A stretch of DNA of 63,761 nt, filler included, from Octopus bimaculoides (Eukaryota): assembly GCF_001194135.2 (NCBI RefSeq). It is 7 parts of 5 records of this genome, joined end to end, with 100 filler letters (N's around TTAATTAATTAA, not from the genome) between each part and the next. Parts side by side here need not be neighbours in the genome. Positions count along the whole stretch, not along the records: positions 1 to 16,706 come from NC_068996.1; 6 more parts are not named here. One strand, given 5' to 3'. The notes under the pieces were generated by a model, which searched no databases, had not been told where the DNA came from, and was given only the letters and a program-made list of their open reading frames with translations. Of this stretch, positions 1 through 10,373 are shown one piece after another. The position numbers and the translations under genes were made by a program. Numbering within the stretch: the stretch's first letter is position 1; every line of letters begins with the position of its first letter.

Positions 1-380
1 CAGTCCCACTGCATGGCACCTTGGGCAAGTGTCTTCTACTATAGTCTTGGGCTGACCAAAACCTTGTGAGTGAATTTGGTAGACGGAAACTGAAAGAAGC
101 CCGTCATATATATGTATGTATATATATATATGTGTGTGTGTGTGTGTGCGTGTGTGCGCGTGTGTGTGTGTGTGTGTGCTTGTGTGTCTGTGTTTGTCTC
201 CCCAACATCGCTTGACAACTGATGCTGGTGTGTTTACGTCCCCGTAACTTAGCAGTTTGGCAAAAGAGACCAATAGTATAAATACTAGGCTTACAAAGAA
301 TAAGTCCTTGGGTTGATTTGCTCGACTAAAGGCGGTGCTCCAGCATGGCTATAGACATATGACTGAAACAAGTAAAAGAG
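1..380 (+). mobile_element. tRNA-derived SINE family A (CORE-like head, internal TA/TG microsatellite, tail); 5' end cut by window edge
   Basis: GGCACCTTGGGCAAGTGTCTTCT (MIR/CORE-like) ... GAAAGAAGCCCGTC, then (TA)n(TG)n, then tail ending ...CCAGCATGG...ACTGAAACAAGTAAAAGAG; same modules recur more than 10 times in the window. Confidence 0.8.
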
Positions 381-612
381 TATGTGTGTGTGTGTGTGAG
401 GGTATGTCTTTGTATTTGTCTCCCACCATTGTTTGACAACCAGTGTTGGGTTGTTTATGTTTCTGTAACTTAGCAGTTTGGCAGAATGAGACCAACAGAA
501 CAGGTGCCAAGCTTCAAAAACTTAGTAGTGGGATTGATTCGTTTGACTGAAAGTTATTCAAGGCGATGCCCCAGCATGGTCGCAATGAAATGGCTGAAAC
601 AAGTAAAAAATA
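381..612 (+). mobile_element. Second tandem copy of SINE A microsatellite plus tail
   Basis: Direct repeat of about 190-380. Confidence 0.7.
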
Positions 613-624
613 AAAGATATATAG

Positions 625-655
<31 letters not shown>

Positions 656-779
656 CATGCATGTGTGTGTGTGTTAGTGCGTGTGTATGTGTGTGCATGT
701 GTGTGTGTGTGCTTGTGTATCTCACAGAGAAAATGGCAAAGAATCTCCCTCCTTGGCAAAACCGAGTTCTGAGTTCTGG

Positions 780-829
<50 letters not shown>

Positions 830-1485
830 TCTCGCTCTCTCTCTCTCNNNNNNNNNNNNNNNNNNNNNNNNNNNNNNNNNNNNNNNNNNNNNNNNNNNNN
901 NNNNNNNNNNNNNNNNNNNNNNNNNNNNNNNNNNNNNNNNNNNNNNNNNNNNNNNNNNNNNNNNNNNNNNNNNNNNNNNNNNNNNNNNNNNNNNNNNNNN
1001 NNNNNNNNNNNNNNNNNNNNNNNNNNNNNNNNNNNNNNNNNNNNNNNNNNNNNNNNNNNNNNNNNNNNNNNNNNNNNNNNNNNNNNNNNNNNNNNNNNNN
1101 NNNNNNNNNNNNNNNNNNNNNNNNNNNNNNNNNNNNNNNNNNNNNNNNNNNNNNNNNNNNNNNNNNNNNNNNNNNNNNNNNNNNNNNNNNNNNNNNNNNN
1201 NNNNNNNNNNNNNNNNNNNNNNNNNNNNNNNNNNNNNNNNNNNNNNNNNNNNNNNNNNNNNNNNNNNNNNNNNNNNNNNNNNNNNNNNNNNNNNNNNNNN
1301 NNNNNNNNNNNNNNNNNNNNNNNNNNNNNNNNNNNNNNNNNNNNNNNNNNNNNNNNNNNNNNNNNNNNNNNNNNNNNNNNNNNNNNNNNNNNNNNNNNNN
1401 NNNNNNNNNNNNNNNNNNNNNCAACTCATGCATCACAGATCATTCCAACCCAACCCCTTATCCACCACTCCTTTCAATCTTATTT

Positions 1486-2498
1486 CAGATATTCTTACAG
1501 ATATTCTTACAGATATTCTTACAGATATTCTTACAGATATTCTTACAGATAAATGGCAAGAAAAACTTCTCAGTGGCAAATACACAAAGAGAGCTAATAG
1601 TGCCAATGTTGACAAAGCCCTTACCCATCAATGGCTAATGGCTTCTGGCTTAAAATCAGAAACAGAAGGGTTTATCATAGCAGACCAAGATCAATGCCTA
1701 CCAACAAGGAGCTACCAGGCCAACATCTTCAAGAATGGCAGTAGCCTAACATGTTGTGTATGTCAACAGCAAAATGAAACCATTGATCATGTTGTCTCCA
1801 TGTGCAGTCTGCTTGCACCTACTGAGTATCTCAACAGTCATGAAAGAGCAGCACAATATATTCATTGGGTAATTTGCAAAAACTTGGACCTGCTCTATGA
1901 TAAAAACTGGTGGGAACACAAACCATTTCCAGTGCTTGAAAATGACCACATCACACTCCTCTGGAACTTCACCGTTCAGAGTGACAGAAAGATAGATACG
2001 AACAGGCCAGACATTATATTGAAGGACTTCAGCCCAAAATCATGCCTCCTCATTGATATGACTGTCCCAATCGATATAAATGTATCTGTCAAGACCTATC
2101 AAAAACTGAGCAAATATAACGATCTTGAAATAGAAATTGGCAAAATGTGGAATATCAAGACTAAAACAATACCTGTTGTCATAGGTGCCCTAGGAATGAT
2201 AGCAAAAGGGGCTGATTGCTACCTAGCTCAGATATGAGGAAATCCAAAAACGGCAGAAATTTTTTTTTAAATGGTTGTGAGAATTGCCCATATCCTATGT
2301 AAAATACTGTCGATGTAATCTCAAACCTTAAAACAAATTTATAATAATTTTCTTATGTTTACGTAAACATTCTCTAGAACAATACTTTGTACAAAACCAA
2401 ATATATGACACTCTAGGCATAACACCTACATGAACTTCTAACTTTTCTCTTGAGGTCTCTAACTTGTACAAATACAAAGCAAAAGTCAAACATAAACT
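1486..2498 (+). mobile_element. R4/Dong-clade non-LTR retrotransposon, 5'-truncated (CCHC knuckle, restriction-like endonuclease, 3' UTR)
   Basis: Translation CCVCQQQNETIDHVVSMC ... NRPDIILKD ... LIDMTVP ... KLSKY ... IPVVIGALG; premature stop at 2237; followed directly by (TAA)n. Confidence 0.9.
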
Positions 2499-2540
2499 AA
2501 TTATAATAATAATTATAATAATAATAATAATAATAATTAA
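2499..2540. repeat. (TAA)n array between tail-to-tail R4 and Tx1 3' ends
   Basis: Direct reading. Confidence 0.85.
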
Positions 2541-3025
2541 TTCTTTTATTAGCCATGAGGGCTCACATACAACAACATTAAAGGACATGCAACAACATAA
2601 AAGACAAAAATGGAATGATACAATGGGTTTTACAGTGTGGAAACAAAATAAAACAATAAAAAATTAAACAAATGTAACTCCAATAGGGGAAACACTTTAA
2701 GGTCGTTGTGGGAAAACCCACAAAAGCCACAGGTGCCTAATCAACAGGGCAAGAGCCCTTCTCCTTTAATTTCTTTTTTCACAGGTGTATGCTCAGAATT
2801 GGTCCTTTCACACTGGCCCTTCTTCCAACAAACCTGTTACAAGGCAACACTTCCCTTTCCACCCTCAACTTCCTTTTCAAGTGAAACTTGAAAAAATTGA
2901 TGAGGGCTTGGCCAAAGAGGAAAGTATCTGTCCGTAGCCCTTCCAAACAGGTTCACCATACTACCTGTTTTGCTACAGCCACAAGACAAATAAAAATTGC
3001 CTGCCCCACCCAGCCAAAAGATTGG
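2541..3025 (-). mobile_element. Tx1/L1-clade LINE 3' end
   Basis: Minus translation GQAIFICLVAVAKQVVW*TCLEGLRTDTFLFGQALINFFKFHLKRKLRVERE; terminus GCCCTCATGGCTAATAAAAGAA resembles the Tx1 end at 24416-24440. Confidence 0.75.
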
Positions 3026-3029
3026 AAAT

Positions 3030-3520
3030 GTTACATGTTTTGTCTTGGTATAGAAGATGGGCTACAGCAAATAGTCTGCTTAATACCACAGATTTGCTTG
3101 TCAGTTGTTTGACCTTAACCAGTTGAGCATGTCCCTTGGTGGCTGACGATATGTGCATCTCTGATCACGAGCAGAAGTAGTCGGGGAGCATCATAGCCAT
3201 GTGTTGAGAGGAATTCTTTGGGGTTTGAATAATTCACCTTTGGAAACATGGGTGTTTTGCTCAACATCCTTAAACAAACCTTATTCAGGGACCTTTTGAG
3301 CGGAATGGACTACTCGACCTGAAGAAAATTCTAACACAGCCCCCACCTGCAAGGTCATGTACTGTTTATCTTGATATGAGATCACCATGTCGCACACATA
3401 TGGCTGTGATGCATGTGCCTGGTGTACCCTTGTCAGTCGGGTAGTCATGATGGGTATAATGAGTTTCGTATATTTTACCCCAGTGTCACTTTGATAGCAT
3501 GCACTACTGTCTGACTAAAT
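3030..3520 (+). mobile_element. Unclassified interspersed repeat, probable retroposon 3' region ending in (TAA)n
   Basis: Higher GC than flanks, no ORF, ends in TAA tail; family not assigned. Confidence 0.4.
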
Positions 3521-3521
3521 G

Positions 3522-3558
3522 ATAATAATAATAATAATAATGATAATAATAATAATAA

Positions 3559-3589
<31 letters not shown>

Positions 3590-3678
3590 GAGGAGCAGGA
3601 GCAGGAGGAGGAGGAAGAAAAGAAGGTGGAGAGGAGGAGGAAACGAAGACGAAGGAAGAGGAAAAGAAGAAGAAGAAT
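3522..3678. repeat. Compound trinucleotide array (TAA)n-(GAA)n-(GAG)n
   Basis: Direct reading. Confidence 0.9.
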
Positions 3679-4091
3679 ATCATTACTAGATTCCACCCAC
3701 ATTAATTTATTTCACATGTTTCTCAAAGCTAGGCTGTCAACTAACTGGTTTGGTTCAGTTTAGATTTATTGAGAAATTATTGATTTGTCCCCAAAGCATG
3801 ACACTATTTAAAATATTTCCTGCTTTCCGTTTTCTTTGCTTAAGAATTAAAAGGTGATTTGTTTGGCTTCTTTTTAACCTTTTTTTCCTTTTCTATCTCT
3901 TCTGTCATCATTGTCAGTAATGTGGGTGCCAAAACCATCACCACTGCCGCCAATACCATTAATACCATCAACAGAAGCCACCGAGGGGGGAAACCTCTTC
4001 ACGATTGTTCATTATGTTAGAAATGGCAGCTAAATCTTCATCAAGCTGTGTTCATATGCCTTAAAAAGATGTATCGTAAAAGATGTACCTA

Positions 4092-4410
4092 GGTGCAGGA
4101 ATGGCTGTGCGGTAAGTAACTTGCCTCCCAACCACATGGTTCCAGGTTCAGTCCCACTGTGTGGCACCTTTGGCATGTGTCTCCTATTATAGCCTCAGGC
4201 TGACCAAAGCCTTCTGAGTGGGTTTGGTAGGCGGAAACTGAAAGAAGCCCATTGTATGTGTGTGTAAGAAGTTTGCTTTGTAATCACATTGTTCCAGTTA
4301 CAGTCCTACCGTGTGGTACCTTGGGCAAGTGTCTTCTATTATAGCCTTGGGCCAACCGAAGCCGTGTCAGTGGATTTGGTAGGCGGAAACTGAAAGAAGC
4401 GTCTTATGTA
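4092..4410 (+). mobile_element. Two tandem SINE A heads
   Basis: GCAGGAATGGCTGTGCGGTAAG...GTTCAGTCCCACT...GAAAGAAGC, twice. Confidence 0.75.
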
Positions 4411-4457
4411 TGTATGTGTGTGTGTGTGTGTCTGTATATATATATATATATATATAT

Positions 4458-5760
4458 AAACATAATTAAGGGATCAGCAACAGTTGCTTCACCACATACC
4501 GAAGTTCAGAAATAGCAGCTAAAGTGCTAAAACTCCAACAGATAGCAATACTTGTTTTGCCTTTGTGAGTTACAAGTATTACTATCTGTTGGAGTTTTAG
4601 CACTTTAGCTGCTATTTCAGANNNNNNNNNNNNNNNNNNNNNNNNNNNNNNNNNNNNNNNNNNNNNNNNNNNNNNNNNNNNNNNNNNNNNNNNNNNNNNN
4701 NNNNNNNNNNNNNNNNNNNNNNNNNNNNNNNNNNNNNNNNNNNNNNNNNNNNNNNNNNNNNNNNNNNNNNNNNNNNNNNNNNNNNNNNNNNNNNNNNNNN
4801 NNNNNNNNNNNNNNNNNNNNNNNNNNNNNNNNNNNNNNNNNNNNNNNNNNNNNNNNNNNNNNNNNNNNNNNNNNNNNNNNNNNNNNNNNNNNNNNNNNNN
4901 NNNNNNNNNNNNNNNNNNNNNNNNNNNNNNNNNNNNNNNNNNNNNNNNNNNNNNNNNNNNNNNNNNNNNNNNNNNNNNNNNNNNNNNNNNNNNNNNNNNN
5001 NNNNNNNNNNNNNNNNNNNNNNNNNNNNNNNNNNNNNNNNNNNNNNNNNNNNNNNNNNNNNNNNNNNNNNNNNNNNNNNNNNNNNNNNNNNNNNNNNNNN
5101 NNNNNNNNNNNNNNNNNNNNNNNNNNNNNNNNNNNNNNNNNNNNNNNNNNNNNNNNNNNNNNNNNNNNNNNNNNNNNNNNNNNNNNNNNNNNNNNNNNNN
5201 NNNNNNNNNNNNNNNNNNNNNNNNNNNNNNNNNNNNNNNNNNNNNNNNNNNNNNNNNNNNNNNNNNNNNNNNNNNNNNNNNNNNNNNNNNNNNNNNNNNN
5301 NNNNNNNNNNNNNNNNNNNNNNNNNNNNNNNNNNNNNNNNNNNNNNNNNNNNNNNNNNNNNNNNNNNNNNNNNNNNNNNNNNNNNNNNNNNNNNNNNNNN
5401 NNNNNNNNNNNNNNNNNNNNNNNNNNNNNNNNNNNNNNNNNNNNNNNNNNNNNNNNNNNNNNNNNNNNNNNNNNNNNNNNNNNNNNNNNNNNNNNNTATT
5501 ATTTTTCTATCCTTCCTCAATACCGGTTCCCATATGCTATTCATATCTGCACTCGGTCTGCTTAGGAGGTTGTTGTGTCCTAGCATATGTGCTGCTTCTT
5601 TTAGTTTTCATATTTTCCAGTGGTGTTCTCTGTCTATTATTTTAACTTCATCCCACAGGGGGAGGTGGTTTCCATTTTTTCATACATGATCAGCTATACC
5701 CGATTTATCGATATCTCCTCGTGTCACAGATTTATAAACCTTAAAATTCACCCCATAATT
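4458..5760 (-). mobile_element. Penelope-like element 3' part: GIY-YIG C-terminus (5497-5760), gap, UTR with inverted duplication
   Basis: Minus translation VTRGDIDKSGIADHV*KNGNHLPLWDEVKIIDREHHWKI*KLKEAAHMLGHNNLLSRPSADMNSIWEPVL; linkage across the gap is inferred. Confidence 0.7.
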
Positions 5761-5761
5761 G

Positions 5762-6017
5762 CCCACGGGCATATGGCGTAGTGGTTAAGAGCGTGGGCTA
5801 CTAACCCCAAGGTTCCGACCTGATTAATAATAATAATAATAATAATAGTAATATAATAATAATAATAATAGTAACATCGATAGGAATGAGAACCCAAGTT
5901 CGAAATTTCCCCAAGACACCTGACGAAGGCTGGAGGGTATATCAGCCGAAACGTTGTGTTAACAACAAACAAGATGAGGACGAATATCCGTCAAATGTAG
6001 ATAATGTAAATAATGTA
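5762..6017 (+). mobile_element. tRNA-headed short retroposon with hammerhead-ribozyme tail (B box deleted in this copy)
   Basis: A box TGGCGTAGTGG, tRNA-like loop CTACTAA, (AAT)n linker, hammerhead at 5915-5960; second locus at 17782-18135 retains B box GTTCGATTCC. Confidence 0.75.
5915..5960 (+). ncRNA. Minimal type I hammerhead ribozyme (PLE-type)
   Basis: Stem I GACAC/GTGTT; core CTGACGA; extra A then stem II GGCTG/CAGCC; GAAA; palindromic stem III ACGT; cleavage triplet GUU. Confidence 0.7.
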
Positions 6018-6238
6018 AGTACTAGGCTTTCAAAGAATAAGTCCTGCAGTCAGTTTGTTTGACTAAAAGCAGTGCTCCAGCATGGCTACTGTCAAATGAC
6101 TGAAACAAATAGAAGAATTGTGTGATATAAAGGGATATGCTGGATTATAGTGCAAAATAGAATATATTTATTTATTTATTTATGTGTTTCAGCCAAGTGG
6201 CTGCGGTCATGCTGGTGCACCACCGTGAAAATACAGTA

Positions 6239-6245
6239 CGTCCCT

Positions 6246-6307
<62 letters not shown>

Positions 6308-6312
6308 TCAAA
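6239..6312 (-). tRNA. tRNA-Asn-GTT: tRNA-Asn(GTT) with 5' acceptor strand replaced (probable pseudogene)
   Basis: D stem GCGC/GCGC, anticodon stem TTCGG/CCGAA with loop CTGTTAA, T stem GGTGG/CCACC, 3' strand CAGGGAC-G; positions 1-6 read TTTGAC instead of GTCCCT; TTTT terminator 7 nt downstream. Confidence 0.85.
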
Positions 6313-6393
6313 AAAAAAAAAGAAAAACAAAAAGATAAAGTCTGGATGCTCACTGTTTGCTAAGTACATATGTACACACATACACACTGTGTA

Positions 6394-6428
<35 letters not shown>

Positions 6429-6456
6429 TTCTTTGTCTGTCTGTCAGTCTTTCTCT

Positions 6457-6498
<42 letters not shown>

Positions 6499-7653
6499 AA
6501 AAAGAGTGAAAAAACTACAGAAGGCTTGTGTTATATGGTTAAAATATATATTTAAATTGTTATGTTAGAGAAATGTTATAAGATTTTGAGTATAGTAACA
6601 TTGTTTGGGAGAAATAACCATTTCGTATTTTCTTTTCAAATTTCTCAAATTTCTTCACCTATATTGTATCATGTCCTCGCTATGGTGTAAAATATGGAGT
6701 CCTAGATAGGTAATCAGGGATTTTTTCTGGTATAAGGGAGATAATCAAAAATGTTGGGGATGATTAAGTTTGATTAATTTAACATGATTTGGTTTAGAAG
6801 GAATAGAATTTTACAAGTGGTCAGGTTTTGCTTTATATTTTTTTCAATGCGGTTAGTTTTCTTATTTTAAAATGTTAGCAATGGTTAAGTTTTGGCTTAT
6901 ATTTTTCAATGAAGAAGGTTTCCTTATTTAATCTAATTTGTGTTGGTGTTCCATTGGTACATTGATTGAGAAATGCGCCAAACAAATGCTACCACAATTT
7001 GTAATCTTTCCATTCTATCAATGTGCCATTGGAACACCAAGTTTCTGTCTACTAAATTTCGCTTATAAGACAATTATCGAAATTGAGCCTATTTGCAAAA
7101 GGCAAATGCTGTCTAACAATGGAATCAGACCCCATGTCATCAATTATGTAATTGAAACATGGTCTGGACTTCTGAACTGCTCAGCAATGTGGGTATATGT
7201 CATCTCGTTTCTTGTTTTCCTCTGGTGACAAAGACTTCATTCCTAATGAATGACGTAATTAATCCAATCCTATTGCTAACACGGTATTTGCTAAGAAGAT
7301 TTGCCCAAAATAAGTAAGAAGTTTTGAAGGCAGAATCATTGTTGATGTAATAGAAGTAAAAATGACTTGCAGAAGGATTATTTTTGTTTTATTGTTCACC
7401 AGAATTAAAAACTAATGAAAGTGTGGTAAGAATCCAAAAGATGAAAATCTTTGGTTATTCTCTGTGGTTATAAGGTTTGCTTCACTGCCATGTTTTTCAA
7501 ATTCATGTTTACTCCAGTTGTGTGGCTTCAAGGCTTACTTCATAGCCATATAAGAGTTTAGGATTTAGTTCTACTGCAGGGTACCCTGGGCGAGTGTCTT
7601 CCAGTGTAACTTTGGATTGACCAATACCTTAGGAGAAATATGTTATGCATGTA

Positions 7654-8170
7654 TGAGGTTTGATCAATAAGTATCCGGAATGTTGCCTTAGTAACAAAGT
7701 TAAGGCACTCAGAGTGAAGCTGCTTGGCAAAGATTGACCTTGAATTCTGCTTTGCATGTGCACTAAGTTTTAACGTTCTAGCTCACTTCTGCTGTTTGTA
7801 GCAGTGCTTGGAAGCATGTGGTCATCGCATTGACTGTGACAGAGAAAGTTGTCATGGTGACACCTGCTCAGAGGCCTATGCAAAGTTGCAAAAAGTGTAT
7901 GGAGAGGAGTGTATGAGCTGCACACAAGAGTACAAGTGGTTCAGATGTTTCCAAGATGGCCCAAAAAATTTCGATATTGGGAGACCTGCATCCAGCAGAA
8001 CTGAGAAAAACCTCGCAGATGTGCATGCAGCTGTGAGGGGAAATTGTTGAATCACCATCTGTGAGTTATCAGAGTATGTGCAGATTAGTTACGGTTCAGT
8101 TCAGTCTATTATCTCTGAAGATTTGGGTATGAGACGTGTGTCTGCCAAGTTTGTGCCAAAACTGCTTTCT
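7654..8170 (+). mobile_element. Mariner transposon 5' fragment (TIR plus N-terminal transposase)
   Basis: TIR-like TA-TGAGGTTTGATCAATAAGTATCC; GDTCSEAYAKLQKVYGEECMS...KWF...GRP...EDLGMRRVSAKFVPKLL. Confidence 0.85.
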
Positions 8171-8189
8171 TTCTTTTTTTTCTTTCTTG

Positions 8190-8665
8190 CCCTTAACCCT
8201 CCAACGTGGAGTATAGGCCACTTATAATTGAATTCCATGTCGCATAATTTTTCGCTTCTGTACTTATACTCTGCCATGAATGTTCCCCTTTCTCTAGTTC
8301 CTTTTGTCTTGATCTATGCCACAAGTTCTTAGGCCTACCCCTCTCTCTGTATCCATCCGGATTCCACTGTAAAGCACTTTTTGCTACATGTGGTGTGTCC
8401 TTTTTAATTGTGCTACCAATCCACTTCCACTTTTTCTTAAATATTTGCTCTCTAATCAAAACTTGATTTGTTCTTTGCCATAGTTCCATATTGCTTATGT
8501 GTCTGGCCCATCTGATTTTAAGTATATTACACAAGCACCTGTTGATGAATGATTGTATTTGCTTATTTGACTTAACTGTTGTTCGCCATGTCTCAGCCCA
8601 TACAATAACACCGCTTTTACGTTAGTGTTAAAAATTCTTATTTTGTTCTTTATTGAAATTACACT
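8190..8665 (-). mobile_element. RTE-clade LINE 3' ORF fragment
   Basis: KIRIFNTNVKAVLLYG ... ILKIRW...ISNMELWQRT...KWKWIG...ALQWNPDGYRERGRPK. Confidence 0.85.
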
Positions 8666-8721
8666 TGCGCTCCAAACATGGACACACAAACATATACACA
8701 TGCACATACATATATATACAT

Positions 8722-8895
8722 ACATGTATACGATGGGCTTCTTTCAGTTTCCATCTACCAAATCCACTCACAAGGCTTTGGTTGGCCCGAGGCTATAGTA
8801 GAAGACACTTGCCCAAGGTGCCACGCAGTGGGACTGAACCTGAAACCATGTGGTCCGTAAGCAAGCTATTTACCACAAAGCCACTCCTATGCCTA
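8722..8895 (-). mobile_element. SINE A head
   Basis: Reverse complement of the family A head. Confidence 0.75.
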
Positions 8896-8924
8896 TGTAT
8901 ATACATATATATATACATACACAT

Positions 8925-9310
8925 ATGTGGAGGCGCAATGGCCCAGTGGTTAGGGCAGCAGACTCGCGGTCAAAGGATCGCGGTTTCGATTTCCAGACCG
9001 GGCGTTGTGAGTGTTTATTGAGTGAAAACACCTAATGCTCCACGAGGCTCTGGCAGGGGATGGTGGCGAACCCTGCTGTACTCTTTCACCACAACTTTCG
9101 TTCACTCTTACTTCCTGTCTCTGTTGTGCCTGTAATTCAAAGGGTCAGCCTTGTCACACTGTGTCACGCTGAATATCCCCGAGAACTATGTTAAGGGTAC
9201 ACGTGTCTGTGGAGTGCTCAGCCACTTGCACGTTAATTTCATGAGCAAGCTGTTCCATTGATCGGATCAACTGGAACCCTCAACGTCATAAGCGACGGAG
9301 TGCCAACAAC
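8925..9310 (+). mobile_element. tRNA-derived SINE family B, near full length
   Basis: Head GGAGGCGCAATGGCCCAGTGGTTAGG...TTCGATT; body GTTAAGGGTACACGTGTCTGTGGAGTGCTCAGCCACTTGCACG; copies at 53041-53363 (-) and 58826-59112 (+). Confidence 0.8.
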
Positions 9311-9327
9311 ATACACATATATATGTT

Positions 9328-9363
<36 letters not shown>

Positions 9364-9380
9364 CGACCACACATACCCAT

Positions 9381-9985
9381 TGTACGTGCTTTGTTTGTAT
9401 GTCAGTAGGCTGCAAATTGACATGATGGAGATGACTCTCTCAAAGTGCTGGGTGTTAAAACACCTGATGGTCATTGACAGGTCAGACAACTCCCTCCCAA
9501 TCCCATCCAAGAGTGATGAACATTGATGTTTTGCCATTTTTGTTGCTTATCAACGTTATATACCTGAGCATAACTGGAGGTGAATTGAATAGTCTGTCCT
9601 GTTGCTTTGAGTGAGTCATCTCTACCCCGTCAAATTGCAGCCTACTGGCAAACAAGCAAAGCACATACACTGATTGTTAATGTTGACAACACTAGCCCTG
9701 CTTCTAATCCATATTTGAATTTATTCTTCCTTATGCATCATCCAGACATACAAACAAATGATTTTTACACCATCTTGCACATAGTCATGGACAAGCTATA
9801 CTGTTTGCTTCTCATTTGGTTCAGGCATATGATGTAGATAAGGCACAAAAATGGCAAAACATTGATGTGATTTCACTCCTGGATGGCATTTAGAGTGAGC
9901 TATCTCTCCTGTCCATGACTTTCAGGTGTTAAAACACCTGAAACTTTGAGGGAGTCATCTCCACCTTATCAAATTGCAGCCTATT
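9381..9985. mobile_element. Fold-back/MITE-like element: about 60-bp inverted arms (9381-9445 / 9605-9669) plus a third inverted partial copy (9845-9985)
   Basis: CAGTAGGCTGCAAATTGAC...GAGATGACTC vs GAGTCATCTC...GTCAAATTGCAGCCTACTG. Confidence 0.6.
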
Positions 9986-10033
9986 ATATTTGATAATGTT
10001 TATAACATTAGCACCGCTTCTAATTTGTATTTG

Positions 10034-10064
<31 letters not shown>

Positions 10065-10068
<4 letters not shown>

Positions 10069-10373
10069 ATAGCTGCATGAAAAAGTGCCACTCCCTAACA
10101 GTTGAGGGAACCCATGGAAGAGGTAGGCCCAGGAAGACCTGGGCTGAGGTGGTGAGGCAAGACCTTCGAACATTGGGCCTCACCGAGGCGATGACTACTG
10201 ACCGAGACCTTTGGAAATGTGCTGTGCGTGAGAAGACCCGGCAAGCCAAGTGAGATCGTTGCCAGGGCCCCTGGACTGGCTCTTGTGCGGGTGGCACATA
10301 AGATGTACCATCCTGAGCGTGACCGTTGCCAGTACTGCCTGACTGGCCTTGTAGGGTTTTCGAGCGAGATCGT
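10065..10373 (+). mobile_element. RTE LINE 3' ORF end and start of 3' UTR
   Basis: KKCHSLTVEGTHGRGRPRKTWAEVVRQDLRTLGL...EKTRQAK*; same family as 62755-63761. Confidence 0.85.

Noticed and set aside
2785-2937. Plus-strand exon-like segment after a good acceptor (VYAQNWSFHTG...)
   Set aside because: Antisense of the Tx1 ORF2 C-terminus
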